DNA of 64,000 nt from Eledone cirrhosa (GCA_964016885.1 OZ024762.1:25854001-25918000), one strand, 5' to 3'; positions 25,771-42,661 are shown, numbered from the stretch's first letter. Notes: generated by a model not told the origin, from the sequence alone. Translations and numbers: made by a program.

Positions 25771-27870
25771 GTTTTTGTGTTCATATATTAACCAGTATGT
25801 ATGAACTGACATGTGCCACATCGACTATCATTGCATTTAGATACAGTGAATGATTGGTATTCGTTGTTAAGTTCAAATTTTGCCTTTGTTAGTAATTGCT
25901 TCAAATTTTTCGGCTGTCTTTTACTAAGAATCAAAGCTCGGTCTGTGATTAAACCTTTTAATTCATTACTTTGAGCAATGATCGATAGGTTTGCTTTGGC
26001 AGTGTTGAAGATATTCTGGTGACATGGGTTGTGTGTCATTATAAATGGTATGACCAGTTCTTGGTTTCTTCTTCCTTGGGTTGTCCTAAGTTGTTGTATA
26101 GGTATTTTTATAGCCCGCTGTATGCCATTTGCTATAAGTAGAGATGGATATTTTTGTTTGAGCAAAAATTCTCTCAGTTCTGTTAGGCGTTTGTTTCTGG
26201 TATTTGTATCTTCAACAATGGTACAAATTCTTCTGTCTAGGCAGTATGGGATGTTGCGTTTTGTATGAGGTGGATGGCACGACTTAAAATTCAGATATTG
26301 ATGGGTGTCTGTGTGTTTATAGTATATATCCGTGGTAATAGTGATGTCGTTTTTGATGACCATTATATCTAGGAATGGTAATTTGGTACTACTCATCTCT
26401 TTTGTAAAATGGAGAGATGGGTGTAGGTTATTCAGGAGGATATTGAACTCATTCAGAGTATCTAGAGATTCTGTCCAGATGATGAAACAGTCGTCAAGGT
26501 ATCTCTTCCAATACTTTTCAATGTACTTTCTAAATTCAGTGCTATATTTTTTCCTCTAATTCTTGGTAGAGTTGTTGTTTTAAGTATCCCATTACAGGGT
26601 TCGCGTAAACGGGATCAAACTTCGTTCCCATCGCTGTGCCTCTAATTTGGATGTAATTCTTTCATTTGAAAAAGAATGTGTTGTTTTCCAGAATAAGTCT
26701 GACTGCGTCTAATATGAATCTGGTGGGAATGACTTCTCCGTGTTTTTCCACCCAGTATTTAACTGCCCTTATTCCTTAATCATGTGTAATGTTGGTGTAA
26801 AGGCTTACCACATCAAAACTAAGTAGAAGTGAATTCGTTTCCGTGGTTTTGGGAAGATAGGACAGGAAGTCGATATCATCCCGGATAAAACTGGGTATGT
26901 GAATACATAGTGGTTTCAAAATAATGTCAACAAAATTGCTTAGACGGTGAGTGGGGCATGTTGAACCAGCTATAATAGGTCTAAGTTTTAAGTCTTTTGG
27001 GTGTAGTAATTTAATGTACTCACTTTTTTGTTCTTTTACTGTCAGTTGGATTTCTTTGGGCTTATGAATTTTCGGTAAGCCATACAAGTTGCTGGGTTTT
27101 GGCTCAAAATTCGTGATGTAGTCTCTTTCATTATCAGTAAGTGAATTGTTGTATTTTGAAGCCAGGTTGTTGATCTTCTTTATGATGTTGATCTATATTT
27201 GACGGTATTTCATGGTAGAATATTGTGTCTTTCAGTTGTTCCTCAACCAAATCTGTGTAGTATTCAGCATCCATTATAACAACTGCACCCACTTTATCTG
27301 ATTTTTAATTATTATTGTTTTATAATTTTGTATACGTTTAAGTGCAGACACTTCTGATTTGTTAATGTTTGGCCTAACCTTAGTATTATGTCTAAGAGGA
27401 AATTTAGACAGGATATCAATGTATTGGTCGAGATAGATATTTATTCCTTTTGGCGGAGTGAAATTTGATTTATTCTTTACTAGTGATTCATCACTCTCAT
27501 TATTTTTATCAGCGAAGAATTCTACAAGACGTAATTTTCGACAGAATTCTTGGGTATCCTCCTTTAGTTCTTGGTGGTTGACTGTTGGAGTCGGTGTGAA
27601 TTTCAGTCCTTTTGACAGAATTTGCATTTCATCATTGTCAAGATCTCTTTTGGATAAACTAATTATTTTAGGATCTACGTGTTCAATTGTTTTGGGTATG
27701 TTTCCTCCTGGAGTTTTTCTTTTCCCGGTGTTTATTGTTCGACGTTAAAAAATAGATTTTTCTCTGTTCAGGATTTATATACCTGTTGGTGTTTGCTTGA
27801 TGAACTTTTGGTCGTGATATTATACTTAGTTCCGTTATGTTTTTTGTCCTATTTTTCTCACCACTGAATA

Positions 27871-27909
27871 TGAACCTGAAGATTGCGAAAGCATGAAAGT
27901 ACTTGTTCA
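27871..27909 (+). ncRNA. Minimal type I hammerhead ribozyme in the inverted pseudo-LTR
   Basis: tgaac CTGAAGA ttgc gaaa gcat GAAA gtac TT gttca. Confidence 0.8.
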
Positions 27910-28581
27910 ATTAACATTTAACATTTAATATTCTACCATATTCCATTATAATATCATTATAATTTTAAAGGATTGTAAATAGAACGAGTAAATCAGACAA
28001 AGTTGGAATTCCTTTTATTAATATATATATATAGAAATAAAACTGATTGCCCTTTGCAAAATAATTGTCTAGATAGTAATTTGTTTTTTTAAATGCACCG
28101 TAAAAATTGATCACAACACATACAACTACATAGGATCGACTTCTTCTACATTTAAAGCCAGATTTGCGAACCATAAATGCTCATTCTCGAACTCCAGGAG
28201 GAAATCATCCACGTCTTTATCACAGCTCATATGGTCATTAAAAGAGAGGAATTTAATATACTCCATTCTTTGGACAAAACTTCGGAACTGTGGAGTTTAC
28301 CGCAACTCTAGTATATCAAATAACTGCGCGTTCTGTACAATGGAGACCCTGTTGATTATTAATAACTATGAGACCCTAATTAACAAAAAAAAAGTGAATT
28401 ATTCTCTAGTTGCCTCCATAAAGCTACGTCTACATTCTTAGCCTCCCAAAAAACAAGGAAAAAAGAGAGAGAAACACTAAACCATTAAAAACTTGGTTGT
28501 CAGATGTATATAATCAACAGGGAAAAACATTAATGGTCTTTAATATTGCATTATCTTATAACTATCTATAGAAGAAATAAC

Positions 28582-28740
28582 TGTTTCTACTTTAGGCACA
28601 AGGCCCGCAATTACCCAGTGCATTACTGGTACTTTATTTTATCGACCCCGTAAGGATGAAAGGCGGGATTTGAATTCAGATCGTAAAGGGACGTAACTAT
28701 GCTGGAAAGCATGGCGTCCGACCCTCTACCGATACTGCCA
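28582..28740 (-). mobile_element. Meta-like tRNA SINE with TSD gaagaaataac
   Basis: Family core sequence; TSD at 28571-28581 and 28741-28751. Confidence 0.9.
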
Positions 28741-30070
28741 GAAGAAATAACGCTCGAATAAAAGACACTTGTTCAATAACATGTCGGAACATTGATACAC
28801 ATAACATTATTCTGTTAACTTTGATCCATGCGATTATTTCTTTACTTCTCTATCTTTATCTTCCTATCTAAGTTTTAAATTTTAGTTTAATATCCAACCC
28901 ATACATTTTTACTGAACTTATTTCTAACTGAATCTTACATGCGTTTTTTTATCTCTTATTTATAATATGTATGTAATTATATTTTCTATGTTTTTAAATA
29001 TACCTACTGCATTTTTATATCCATGATTCAAATATAGAGCAAATATACAAACTATAAATTATTATAGACCTTATTTTGAACTCTGAATTATCCATGCATT
29101 TATTATTGTTTTTCTTATATATATATATGTATTTAATTGTAACACCTCGACCTTTATTATATAAAATTATAACCGTTATCATTTACCTAAAGTATACTGT
29201 ATCACTAATACCTAATATATATCCATATATAACTCCCTGTATCTTTCTATACATAATTTTTAGTTAACTTCTAAATTTCTTTATTATTATTTATTTTGAA
29301 CTATGAATAATTAATGCATTTACACCCTGTTATATATATTTAACTTTAGCATGCCTCAATCTATTATTTTATTTTTATTTTCGTTATCATTTACCTAAAA
29401 TATACTGGCTCATTAATATATATCTATATACATAATCGTTATTTAAATATTTCTAACAATAAGTACTTCATAAGATTTACATACCATATATGTTGACAAT
29501 GATTATCTTCGTTAAAGTTTACATTTAGGAAAATATTCAACAGTGTAAACTTTCCTTTCCGCTGGCCAGCTAAATCCTTTAAATGTTATCCTCATAAAAT
29601 TTAGAAGTTTAGAAATGTTAACACACTTATAGAATTTACAAAACTAATATATAAATAACCAGCAATTTAAAAAAAACCCTAAAATAGCATAAATTAAATA
29701 TTTTCAGACTTAACCGTTTAACTTTCGGAAAAAATCTCGTTCTGCATATATTACCCCCCCCCCCCCCCCCCCACACACACACACTTATCTTTCCCTCTCT
29801 ATAAATCCTATTTCAGTGGCTCTCATTGACTGTTATAATCCATGAGATGTTTTCCTAGATAAACATAAATTGTAGTATCATACATTTTAAAATCTCTATA
29901 ACTGTTACATTAAGCAACGTTTTACTTACTCACACATTCTCTATTGAATTTATTACGTTTTCGCATTTTCTCATTATTAGGGTATAAATGTTAAATTTTC
30001 TCTTAGGTTAATCACTACCTTCATTAAATCTTAACCATTTAACATCTCAGGGTATGTCATGTATCATTAT

Positions 30071-30123
30071 ATTTTGTCTGATGAGGACGTACTGTTGTAC
30101 ATCCGAAATATGTATAATAAAAT
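30071..30123 (+). ncRNA. Type I hammerhead ribozyme (family D)
   Basis: attttgt CTGATGA ggacgtac tgtt gtacatcc GAAA tatgta TA ataaaat; homologous to 60625-60687. Confidence 0.85.
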
Positions 30124-30190
30124 GTAATTGATAAAAAGAACATCTATTTTATTAATATTTGTATTTTAATACATACATACATACATACAT

Positions 30191-30791
30191 GTTGGCTGCC
30201 AACTCGTTTTCGAGTACGGCCACTACTATATATCCATGTAGGAGAACCCCTACGGATGCGCTGAACGAGTGTGACCCCCTAGTCCAGCCAGCGACTTGAA
30301 AACTCTGGCACAAACACCACACTTCTGACAACCACTGACACACAGTGCCGGGCCCATGGCACCACCCGACGACAAGCGCAGAGAGATCTCCAGATATAAA
30401 GCAATGCCTGTGCCGTGAAGCTTTTATAGTGATCACTGCACAAAGCCAGTCCCACTCTCTTAACCAAGATGATATGTACCAAAAAGAAGAACAAGTCAAC
30501 ATCATTGGATACCATCAGGGTTGCAGGTGTTATATCAGAGTTTTCCTTCTCCTAGAATTCTGCCTTGACAAAGGCTAAGGGGTCATCTCTCCCGGTGATT
30601 TTGGATGGCCATTGACTCTTAAGAGCTCCTTTGCCCTTTGACAGGTTTTGTTTTTAGTCCTGCAGGATGTCCAAAGTCACCCTCCTCACCAAGAAACCTT
30701 GGTGGGGTTGCCAGTTTAGTCGCCAAAGACCCGACCATGGGACAGGTTGTACTGGGATACATGTTACCAGTAGCACCAACTGGTGACCTGA
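30191..30791 (-). mobile_element. RTE-like LINE 5' UTR-derived element embedded in (CATA)n
   Basis: Contains tctaggagaaggaaaactctga, which I recall from RTE 5' UTRs; related fragments at ~1070-1195 and ~49480-49655. Confidence 0.55.
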
Positions 30792-31389
30792 CATACATAC
30801 ATACATACATACATACATACATACATACATACATACATACATACACACATTTATACACACATATATACATATTTTAAGTAAAACTACTTGCAATGGTGTT
30901 TTAACTACCGGCACTCTTGTATCCAATCATTTTTTACATTCTTGTAAGATTCAAAGAATTTCAAGAATAAAATTCAAAATATAATCTCTAATAATAATTT
31001 CCAATTCTATGAAAATATATTTCAATTTTACTTCATCTTGTGACCCTATTAAATATGAATGAATTCGATGTATTAGATTCGCACAATGAAATTAAGAAAT
31101 AACCTATACAGATAAATGACATTCATATAGCATAATGTAAATATATTCTTGTAAACCGACTAGGAAACCGTTTCAATTATTACAAGAAAACTAACGCTTA
31201 ATGAGAAAACCAACGGTGTTCTAATATATAGAATGTGCCTTCATTAAGAAGAATTATGATTTTCAACTCATTTTGATCATGCGCAATGCTGAGCATTCTG
31301 CTAATCCATGTTTAATATTTATCTATATATTCTTATATCTATCTACCTGTATTGATATCTATCTAGTTATGTGTCTTTCTATCTATCTA

Positions 31390-31549
31390 TTACGGTCCTT
31401 TACGTTCTGATTTCAAATCTCACCGAGGTTAGCTTTGCTGTTCATCCTTACGATGTCTAGAAAATAAAGTACCAGTAATGAACTGGGGTCAATTTAATCC
31501 ACTTTCCCAATGTCTTCAAGTTGTAGGCTTTTGTCTAAAGTTGAAACAA
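31390..31549 (+). mobile_element. Diverged Meta-like SINE
   Basis: cctttacgttctga..ccgaggtt..ttcatccttacg..aaataaagtaccagtaatg. Confidence 0.7.
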
Positions 31550-31579
31550 TTATCAATTAAGTCATTGTAGTTATACGCA

Positions 31580-32040
31580 TTTCCTTGGTATAATATATAT
31601 ATATAATAGATTCCGCATCATACGTATATAATGATGAGGTATCTAATAAAGATTAGATACCATGAACATGTATATAACATCAATGAGAAGTAGTACCTAA
31701 AATATGGCGGATGACTGTGCTACCAATTACACTAAAAAGGAATGACACATTTTTCCGTTGTTTTAAAACTTATCTATAATGATTTAGACACGGTTACTTC
31801 TTGAAACTGTTGGTAATTACTAAGAAAGACATTGCTGTTATGGGTGTTTCCTTGGTATAATATATATAATAGATTCCGCATCATATATATACGTTGATGA
31901 GGTGTCTAATACATACTATATACCATGGAAATTTATATAACAGCAATGACGTGTGATACCTAAAATGTGACAGATGACTGCTCTACCAATAACACTAAAA
32001 AGGAGTGACACATTTTTCCGTTCTTTTAAACCTTATCTAT
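31580..32040. repeat. Diverged tandem duplication, period ~267 bp
   Basis: tttccttggtataatatatat..agattccgcatcata at 31580 and 31847. Confidence 0.8.
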
Positions 32041-32596
32041 AAATGTAATCTGAGTTTTTCGAATATTAATAATATTCGATTCGTTTGCAATTATGCAAAC
32101 AGCCTCTTTTGTAAGCCATGTCAGTAGAATGGGCCCCTCATTCTTGCTCTTATGTTGACATGTAAACAGAACTGCAGACACTAATGTTTCTGGGTAATTA
32201 CACTTCATCAGTACAATTTACTGCTTACCTTCCAACTGTCAGAACTAGTGAAAATATATGATATTTTCTGAAATATACATTGACTGATTGGACTAGATTT
32301 AGTCACGGTTACTTCTTGAAACGGCTGGTAATGCTGAGTTAAATCAAGGAGTTAATAGAAATATTCAACTGTCACATTACGTTTTGAGTATTCTCTTTAG
32401 TCGTTTTCGCACAACTCTCTCTTTCTCTCTCGTTAGCTTTCCTATGTATATATAAGTGTATGTGTGTGTATGTGTGGAGTGTATATATATTCATATGCGG
32501 GAGGGGGGGGGGAGCGGTATGCGTATATATACGTACTGTATTTCTAAGTTGGTAGGGTGGGGGATTTGTGAAAAATGTGTTTACTATTTCAATAAT

Positions 32597-32772
32597 TGTT
32601 TCTACTTTAGGCACAAGGCCAGCAATTACCCAGTTCATTACTGGTACTTTATTTTATCGACCCCGTAAGGATGAAAGGCAAAGTCAACCTCGGCGGGATT
32701 TGAACTCAGATCATAAAGGGACGTAACTATGCTAGAAAGCATGGCGTCCGACACTCTACCGATACTGCCAAT
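32597..32772 (-). mobile_element. Meta-like tRNA SINE with 13-bp TSD
   Basis: TSD ctatttcaataat at 32584-32596 and 32773-32785. Confidence 0.9.
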
Positions 32773-32794
32773 CTATTTCAATAATGGGAGGATG

Positions 32795-34040
32795 TGCAGG
32801 TGGTTGTGGTGGTGGTGGTGGTGGTGGTAGTTGTTGTTGTTGTTGTGGTGGTGGTGGTTGTTGTTGTGGTTGTGTTGTTTATAAGGTTGGTGGTGGTGGT
32901 GGTGGTGGTGGTGGTGGTGGTGGTAGTTGTTGTTGTGGTGGTGGTGGAGGTTGTTGTTGTGGTTGTGTTGTTTATAAGGATGGTGGTGGTGGTGGTGGTA
33001 GTTGTGGTGGTGGTAGTGGTGGTGGTAAGGTGGTGGTGGTGGTAAGGTGGTGGTATAATGGTGGTGTTGTTGTTGCTCTTGGTGGGGTTTGTAGTGTTGG
33101 TGGTTGTGGTGGTGGTGACCTTCATAGAGGTATTGGTGTTGTTGTTGTGGTTGTTGGTGGGGTGTGTAGTATTGTTGTTGTTGGTGGTGGTGGTGGTGAT
33201 GTTGGTAGTGGTGGTGGTGGTGCTGTTATGGTTGTGGTGTTGGTGGTGGTGGTGATGTTGATAGTGGTGGTGGTGGTGGTGCTGTTATGGTTGTGGTGGT
33301 GGTGGTGGTGGTGGTGGTGGTGGTGGTGCTCTTATGGTTGTGGTGGTGGTGGTGGTGGTGGTGGTGTTATGGTTGTGGTAGTGTTGGTGTTGGTGATGTT
33401 GGGAGTGGTGGTGGTGGCGGTGTTATGGTTGTGGTGGTGGTGGTGGTGGTGGTGCGCTTATGGTTGTGGTAGTGTTGGTGTTGGTGATGTTGGGAGTGGT
33501 GGTGGTGGCGGTGTTATGGTTGTGGTGGTGGTGGTGGTGGTGGTGGTGGTGCTCTTATGGTTGTGGTAGTGTTGGTGTTGGTGATGTTGGGAGTGGTGGT
33601 GGTGTCGGTGTTATGGTTGTGGTGGTGGTGGTGGTGGTGGTGGTGCTCTTATGGTTATGGTAGTGTTGGTGTTGGTGATGTTGGGAGTGGTGGTGGTGGT
33701 GGTGTTATGGTTGTGGTGGTGGTGGTGGTGGTGGTGGTGGTGGTGGTGGTGGTCTTATGGTTGTGGTGGTGGTGGTGGTGGTGGTGGTGCTCTTATGGTT
33801 GTGGTGGTGGTGGTGGTGGTGGTCTTATGGTTGTGGTGGTGGTGGTGGTGGTGGTCTTATGGTTGTGGTGGTGGTGGTGGTGGTGGTGCTCTTATGGTTG
33901 TGGTGGTGGTGGTGGTGGTGGTGCTCTTATGGTTGTGGTGGTGGTGGTGGTGGTGGTGGTGGTGGTGTTATGGTGGTGGTGGTGGTGGTGGTGTTATGGT
34001 GGTGGTGGTGGTGGTGGTGGTGGTGGTGGTGTTGGTGTTT
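32795..34040. repeat. Compound (GGT)n/(GTT)n simple repeat
   Basis: Direct reading; source of the poly-G/V/W ORFs. Confidence 0.95.
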
Positions 34041-34177
34041 AATCGATGAATATTTGATTTGTCTTAATTGAAATATTTATTACAGATTGACTTTCTAACA
34101 ATTCAGTCCCCGGTCTCTCTCTCTCTCCCTCTCTCTCTCTCTCGCTCTCCCTCTCTCTCTCTCTCTCTCACCCTCTC

Positions 34178-34254
<77 letters not shown>

Positions 34255-34398
34255 TCTCTCTCTCTCTCATACTCTTTCTAAATATATGTACACATTGGCA
34301 GACATGTATATATATACACGCGCACGTATGCAAAGAAATAAAAGTGTATAATCTATATATCCATATATACATAAAAATATATATTCATATATATATTC

Positions 34399-34885
<487 letters not shown>

Positions 34886-35167
34886 TTGTGTGTATATGTA
34901 TGTTTATATAAATTTTGTTATTATTATTATATTTTTAATTATCACTTTTTTCATAGCCTCAGCATAACTGGTAACAACGGATTCGATCGTCTGTGTTTGG
35001 TATTGATTACCATATATATATATGTATGTATGCATATATATATATATATACGTATGCATATATATATATATATGCATACATATATATATATATGCATACA
35101 TATATATACACACATATATATATATATATTCATATACACACACATATATATATAAACACATATATAT

Positions 35168-35254
<87 letters not shown>

Positions 35255-35483
35255 CATCTATATATTGAGTGAGAGAGGGGGAAAAATAAAGAAAAGAAAT
35301 ATATTAGAGAAAACTATTAAAACAAAATGGCGTTCAAATGAAAATAGAATGAAACAGAAAAAAAGCTATGAAAAATGTGTCCTAAATATTCCAATACTCA
35401 ATAGATGACAGTAAATATAATATAAACGTAATCAAATATCGGCAAGCAGACCAATAGTGGTTATATATATATATATATTGTTT

Positions 35484-35515
<32 letters not shown>

Positions 35516-35517
<2 letters not shown>

Positions 35518-35978
35518 GTAGAGACCTGAAAATCCGCCTCTTCATTGCTGTAGTGGAGTCTGTGCTATTGTACGCGTCTGAGACTTGGACACTGACCAAA
35601 AAACTCACTCAGATGGTGGATGGGTGCTACACGAGAATGCTGAGGATGGCTCTGAACATTAATCAGTATACACTGAGGATGAAAAACTCAGAGCTGTATG
35701 GGAGACTCCCAAAAGTCAGCTCAAAAGTGACACAGAGGAGATTGAGGTTAGCTGGACATGTTCACCGACATCCAGAGTTGACATTGCACTCACTGCTCCT
35801 GTGGGAGCCCCTACATGGACACACTGGAAGAGGAAGACTATGGTTAACGTATGTTGATGCCCTAAGGACAGACACTGGTCTGTTGGAGACGCTGGACATG
35901 GCAGCGATAATGAGGGACAGAGACCGCTGGAGAGAACTCGTCCATGGATCTCGGGAATTTTACCCGCCCTAGAAAAAA
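35516..35978 (+). mobile_element. RTE LINE 3' fragment
   Basis: KIRLF..VESVLLYASETWTL..DGCYTRMLR..RRLRLAGH..LLWEP..GR. Confidence 0.9.
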
Positions 35979-36029
35979 TATTTATATATATACAAATACA
36001 TGTGTGTGTGTATATATATATATTCAAAA

Positions 36030-36243
36030 CGATCGACTTTCGTCAAATCGGACCGAGGCAACGATGTTTCCGTTGGTCTTTCCAATTGCTAATACTATCT
36101 ATTGGTCGCAACTCCAGCCAGGTAGAAGGAGCAACGTGAAATAAAGTGTTTTGCTCAAGGACATAACGCATCGCCTGGTACAGGAATCGAACTCACAACC
36201 TTACGATTGCGAACCCAATTCTCTAACCACTCAGCCACACGCC
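36030..36243 (-). mobile_element. CORE-like tRNA SINE
   Basis: gcgtgtggctgagtggttagag..gagttcgattcc..tgtccttgagcaaaacactttatttcacgttgct. Confidence 0.7.
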
Positions 36244-36246
36244 TTT

Positions 36247-37473
<1,227 letters not shown>

Positions 37474-38850
37474 ACTGATTGCGGATTTGGTACGGGTGAT
37501 GAGAAATGTGTCCCGCATGTGCAACCCCGAAGAACTAGAGAGACACATACAACACTTCATCCACCGTATGCAGTTCTCTGGCTACAATCAGAGAGATAGA
37601 ATCAGAGTGTATAAAGGAGCCAGAACCAAATGGGAAAAAATGGTAAATAATGACATAAATGGGACCTGCCCCTTGTATAGGAGCAAATTTTGGAATAGAA
37701 TAGAAAGAACTAGGAACAAGGCCAATAGAATAAACTCATGGTATGATAGCAATAAATACCAGAATGTAATGTTCATCAATACAACCCCTAGAGGCGAACT
37801 AGCCTACAAATTTAGAAGGGCCCTAAATAAACATAATCTCAATATTAAGATAGTAGAAAGACCTGGTACCTCCGTAAAAACACTTATTAGCAAGACATAC
37901 CCGTTCCAAAGACCATCATGTATAGATAAGAAATGTATAACCTGTAAAATAAGCCCCCATATTAACTGTAAAACTAGAAATGTAGTGTATAGCATAAGAT
38001 GTACTGAAGGACAATGTAGAAACAAAAATATAGTGTACATAGGTGAGACAGCTCGTAGTATAGGGGAACGAATAAATGAACACTGGCGAGACCTCCAAGA
38101 TAATAAAGAATCATCTGTGCTCTACCAACATGCTAAGATAGAACACAGGGGTAGATTAGAGAGCATAGAAATAAAAATAGAATCCACACACAGAAAAGAC
38201 GCAATGTTTAGGCAAATTACAGAGGCGGTAAGCATAAAAGAATTAAAACCAAAATTAAATAGAAAATATGAGTGGAACAGCAACATCACAACTTACAACT
38301 AAGGACAAAATGAAAACACACACACACATAGAACAAACAAATTACAATTGAAAACACACACAAAATGAAAACACACACACACATAGAACAAATAACCAAC
38401 CAACAATAAATAAATAAATAAATAAACAAATAGAAAAATATAAATAGAAAAATAGAAAAATGAACACAAACACACACAGACACCCGGATGTGGCGCATGC
38501 GCAAACTGAGCACACAACACACACACAGAAGCAAAATGGCGTAGGATAGAAGAAAGGAAAGGCACAGAAACGAAGAAAGGAATCCCCAGTCACTGATGAG
38601 GTCACAGAGTGTGTGACGAAAGGACTATGACTATATATATAAACAACTATCTGGTTGTGGAACCAACCAACCAACCAGAAATTTATAAGTTTGTAAATTT
38701 GTAAATTTATAAATATATAATAAATTGAAGTGAAAGCAACTGGTGCGTGTGTTTCTTATTGGCAACATGACCCTCCCAAAGTATAACAATATCGGTTTCA
38801 ACACACGATTTCAGATAAAGAATCTTGCTAAACAAATTCAGAAACGAAAT
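37474..38850 (+). mobile_element. Penelope-like element, 5'-truncated: RT thumb, Cys-rich linker, GIY-YIG (open to stop at 38302); clade uncertain
   Basis: QFSGY..PLYR..TP..CIDKKCITC..NVVYSIRC..C..VYIGETARS..R..EH..H..RQITEA..LN. Confidence 0.9.
38588..38632 (+). ncRNA. Type I hammerhead ribozyme in the PLE pseudo-LTR
   Basis: agtca CTGATGA g-gtcac..gtgac GAAA ggac TA tgact. Confidence 0.75.
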
Positions 38851-38861
38851 ATATATATATA

Positions 38862-39513
<652 letters not shown>

Positions 39514-39701
39514 TACATTTTGATTGGCCTCTATAACCTATGTTTATTGCTCTGGTCTTTTTTTAGTCTATTGAGCTTTTGCCGCATATCTCGGAAATTG
39601 CGTTTCGCTTTGTTTTCGACCACTGCCGAAATAATTCAATCTCGATGAAATTATAACTGTATATATATATATATCCATACGTATATATATGTTTATATAT
39701 G

Positions 39702-39732
<31 letters not shown>

Positions 39733-39879
39733 TTACATGAGGAAACAAACCAATAAAGTTTTCAAGGTTTAATGACCATGGGGCGACTGTAAAATGTTCC
39801 TTTAATCGACGCCTACTTAAGATTTGTCCTTAAATCAGCAGAAACTTCATCTTTCTTCTCTCTGTTGCTTTCTCTTTCT

Positions 39880-39944
39880 AGTTGCGGTTCACATATTTTA
39901 AGTGAAGCAATGTAACATACTTTGGACTATCAGCCTGGTCGAGT

Positions 39945-40023
<79 letters not shown>

Positions 40024-40810
40024 GCTCTCTCTCACTCTCTCTCCCTCTCTCTCTCTGTAGCCGCAGTATAGCAGATACCAGTATAGCATATACAACAGAA
40101 GCTTGTGTACATGTGTGTGGGTGTTTTTGAGTTTGTGAGTTGTGGTTCACATATTTTAAGCGAAACCAACACCAAGAAAAGCTTGTGTGTGCGAGCTTAT
40201 GTGTGTTTGAGTGTTTTTGAGTTTGCGAGTTGTGGTTCACATATTTTAGCTGAAATCACTGTGACATACTTCGGAATTTCAACCTGGTGGGGTTTAATCC
40301 TTCTCCTATCTCAGTAGCTGCAGTATAGCAAATGCCCTCGAATTGTTTGAAGCAGTCAGCACTCAATAGTGCTAAAATTTGATATATTTTCGTCCAGAGT
40401 AAACTCAAATTCAAGAAAGTGTGACACCAAGACATGCTTAAATGTGTGTTGCGGTGTTTGTGAGTTTTTGAGTTGCAGTTCACATATTTTAAGCGAAACC
40501 AATGCGATATACTTCGGAATTTCTAACTGGTGGAGTCAATCCTTTCTCTCTGAAGGCGCAATATAGCAGATACCACTCGAAATGTTTAAGGGAGCCTCAA
40601 AGCACTCAATGCTGCGAGAGTTTAATACATTATGCTCCAGAGTAAACTCAATGTTAAGAAAGTGAGACATCAATAAAAGCTTGAATGTGTGTGTGGGGAG
40701 GGGGGGTCGTGAGTTTGTGAGTTGCGGTTCACATATTTTAAGCGTGACTTGCACCAAGAAAAGCTTGTTTGTGAGTTTATGTGTGTTTGAGTGTTTTTGA
40801 GTTTGTGAGC
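39880..40810. repeat. Degenerate tandem repeat
   Basis: gagttg(c/t)ggttcacatattttaagcg recurs at ~39882, 40138, 40228, 40470, 40720. Confidence 0.7.
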
Positions 40811-41552
40811 TGTGTGTGTTTGCGAGTTTGTATGTGTGTGTTTGTATGTGTGTGTTTGTGAGTGAGTGTGTGTGTGTTTGTGTGCTTGTTAATTTTTGTG
40901 TATAAGTGTGTTTGTGTATGTTTGTATGTTTGTGAGTGTGCGTGTGTCTGTTTGTGTGTGTGAGTTTGTGTGTGTGTGCATGTGTTTGTGACGTTTGTCT
41001 GTGTGTGTGTGCGTGTGCGTGACATGCGCGTGTGTGTGTGTTTCTGAGATTGCCTGTTGGTGGCGCTTCGTCCTTTCTGATAACGACTGCTCTACTTCAA
41101 TGGAACAACCTTTCTCATGAAATTAGCCTGTAACCGGTTGAGGTTTCCACAGACACGTTCACTTTACTTCCTAAACCACAAAACTTATTGGGTCTTCTAT
41201 CAAAATTAGAAACAATTACATTTATTGGCTGGATATGCAAAGCAAGCAGGAAACAAGCCAGCAACTCTTTTAAGAGTATATCATGGCTTAACAAATTCAT
41301 GTCGTCAAATTTTGTCTGGAAATGTCAAACGGAAAACAGGAGGAGGAGGGGGGAATCAGGAGGGGAGGGGTGATGGGGTAGGGGATAGCGGGAGGAGGAG
41401 GCTAAAACAAACAGAGTCAATCAAACACACAGAAGCAAACTCCAATTCTATTACAAGGTGACAGAATATATTTACGTTTTTGTGTTGGTGTTTTACAAAT
41501 ATGTGTCTGAGAGACAGAGAAAGAGAGAGAGAGAGAGAGAATGGGAGAAGTT

Positions 41553-41603
<51 letters not shown>

Positions 41604-41780
41604 GATAGATAGAGAGATAGATATATATATGTATATATTCATGCATTTAAATATATGTGTGTGTATGCAAATATATATATGTATACACATATATGTATAT
41701 ATACACACATTTAAATATATATGTGTGGGTATGCAAATATATATATGTATACACATATATGTATATATACACACATTTAA

Positions 41781-41811
<31 letters not shown>

Positions 41812-41927
41812 CATACATATATATATATTCATATATATATACATACATTATATATATATTCATATATATATACATATATACATACATATATACATATATA
41901 TATTCATATATATATATACATACATAC

Positions 41928-41964
<37 letters not shown>

Positions 41965-42031
41965 TTCATATATATATACATACATATATATATACATACA
42001 TATATATATACATACACACATATATATATAC

Positions 42032-42098
<67 letters not shown>

Positions 42099-42613
42099 AA
42101 TCTCTCTCTCTATATATATATATATATGTATATACCTTCTCGTCTGTTTGTTTTGTATGTATATTTACCTGGCGTAGGAAAGGTAAATTGCTAATTTTAT
42201 AAACAAACATCAGAGATGAGTTAATAATATTTTCGTCGTTAAAAATTTATTCCAACGTAAAATTTTCCTTTCACTATTTCAGCTTCGCTAATTATGTCGT
42301 ATTTAGAGAAATATATATTATTTACAGGCCACTTAAAACCTAGCAGAAATTCCCATGTTGTATATAACTATATGAGGTTATGGTTATGTATATATATATA
42401 TATATGTATATATGTGTGTGTTGTGTGTGTGTGTGTGTGTTTGTGTGTTTTTGTGTGTATGTGTGTATGTTTTTATGTGAGTTTTATTTATGAATGTATA
42501 TGTACATACATTAAGTATATATGAAATATATATATATATATATATATGTGTGTTCGTGTGTGTTTATGTGAGTATTATTTATGCATATATATATATATAT
42601 ACATATTTAAATA

Positions 42614-42660
<47 letters not shown>

Positions 42661-42661
42661 T

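Larger units (their letters stand above)
24791..27930 (-). mobile_element. Penelope-like element (Neptune-like), near full length but decayed, with inverted terminal pseudo-LTR pieces (24791-24863 / 27858-27930)
   Basis: LSKGLKFTPTP, YGLPKIHK, LRPIIAG, SFDVVSLYTNI, GTAMG, RYLDD, LPFLD, SCHP, KCNDSRCGTC linker, NLIYCIKC..YIGQT GIY-YIG. Confidence 0.9.

Noticed and set aside
30690-30791. HDV-like ribozyme
   Set aside because: P2 and J4/2-like pieces are visible but P1, P3 and P1.1 could not be paired convincingly
31625-31680. HHR-like motif (aUGAUGA, strong hairpin, auGAAcaugUA)
   Set aside because: Several core deviations, and the duplicate copy is worse
41040-41460. Non-repetitive island, possible exon or regulatory element
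   Set aside because: No recognisable protein or supportable splice structure
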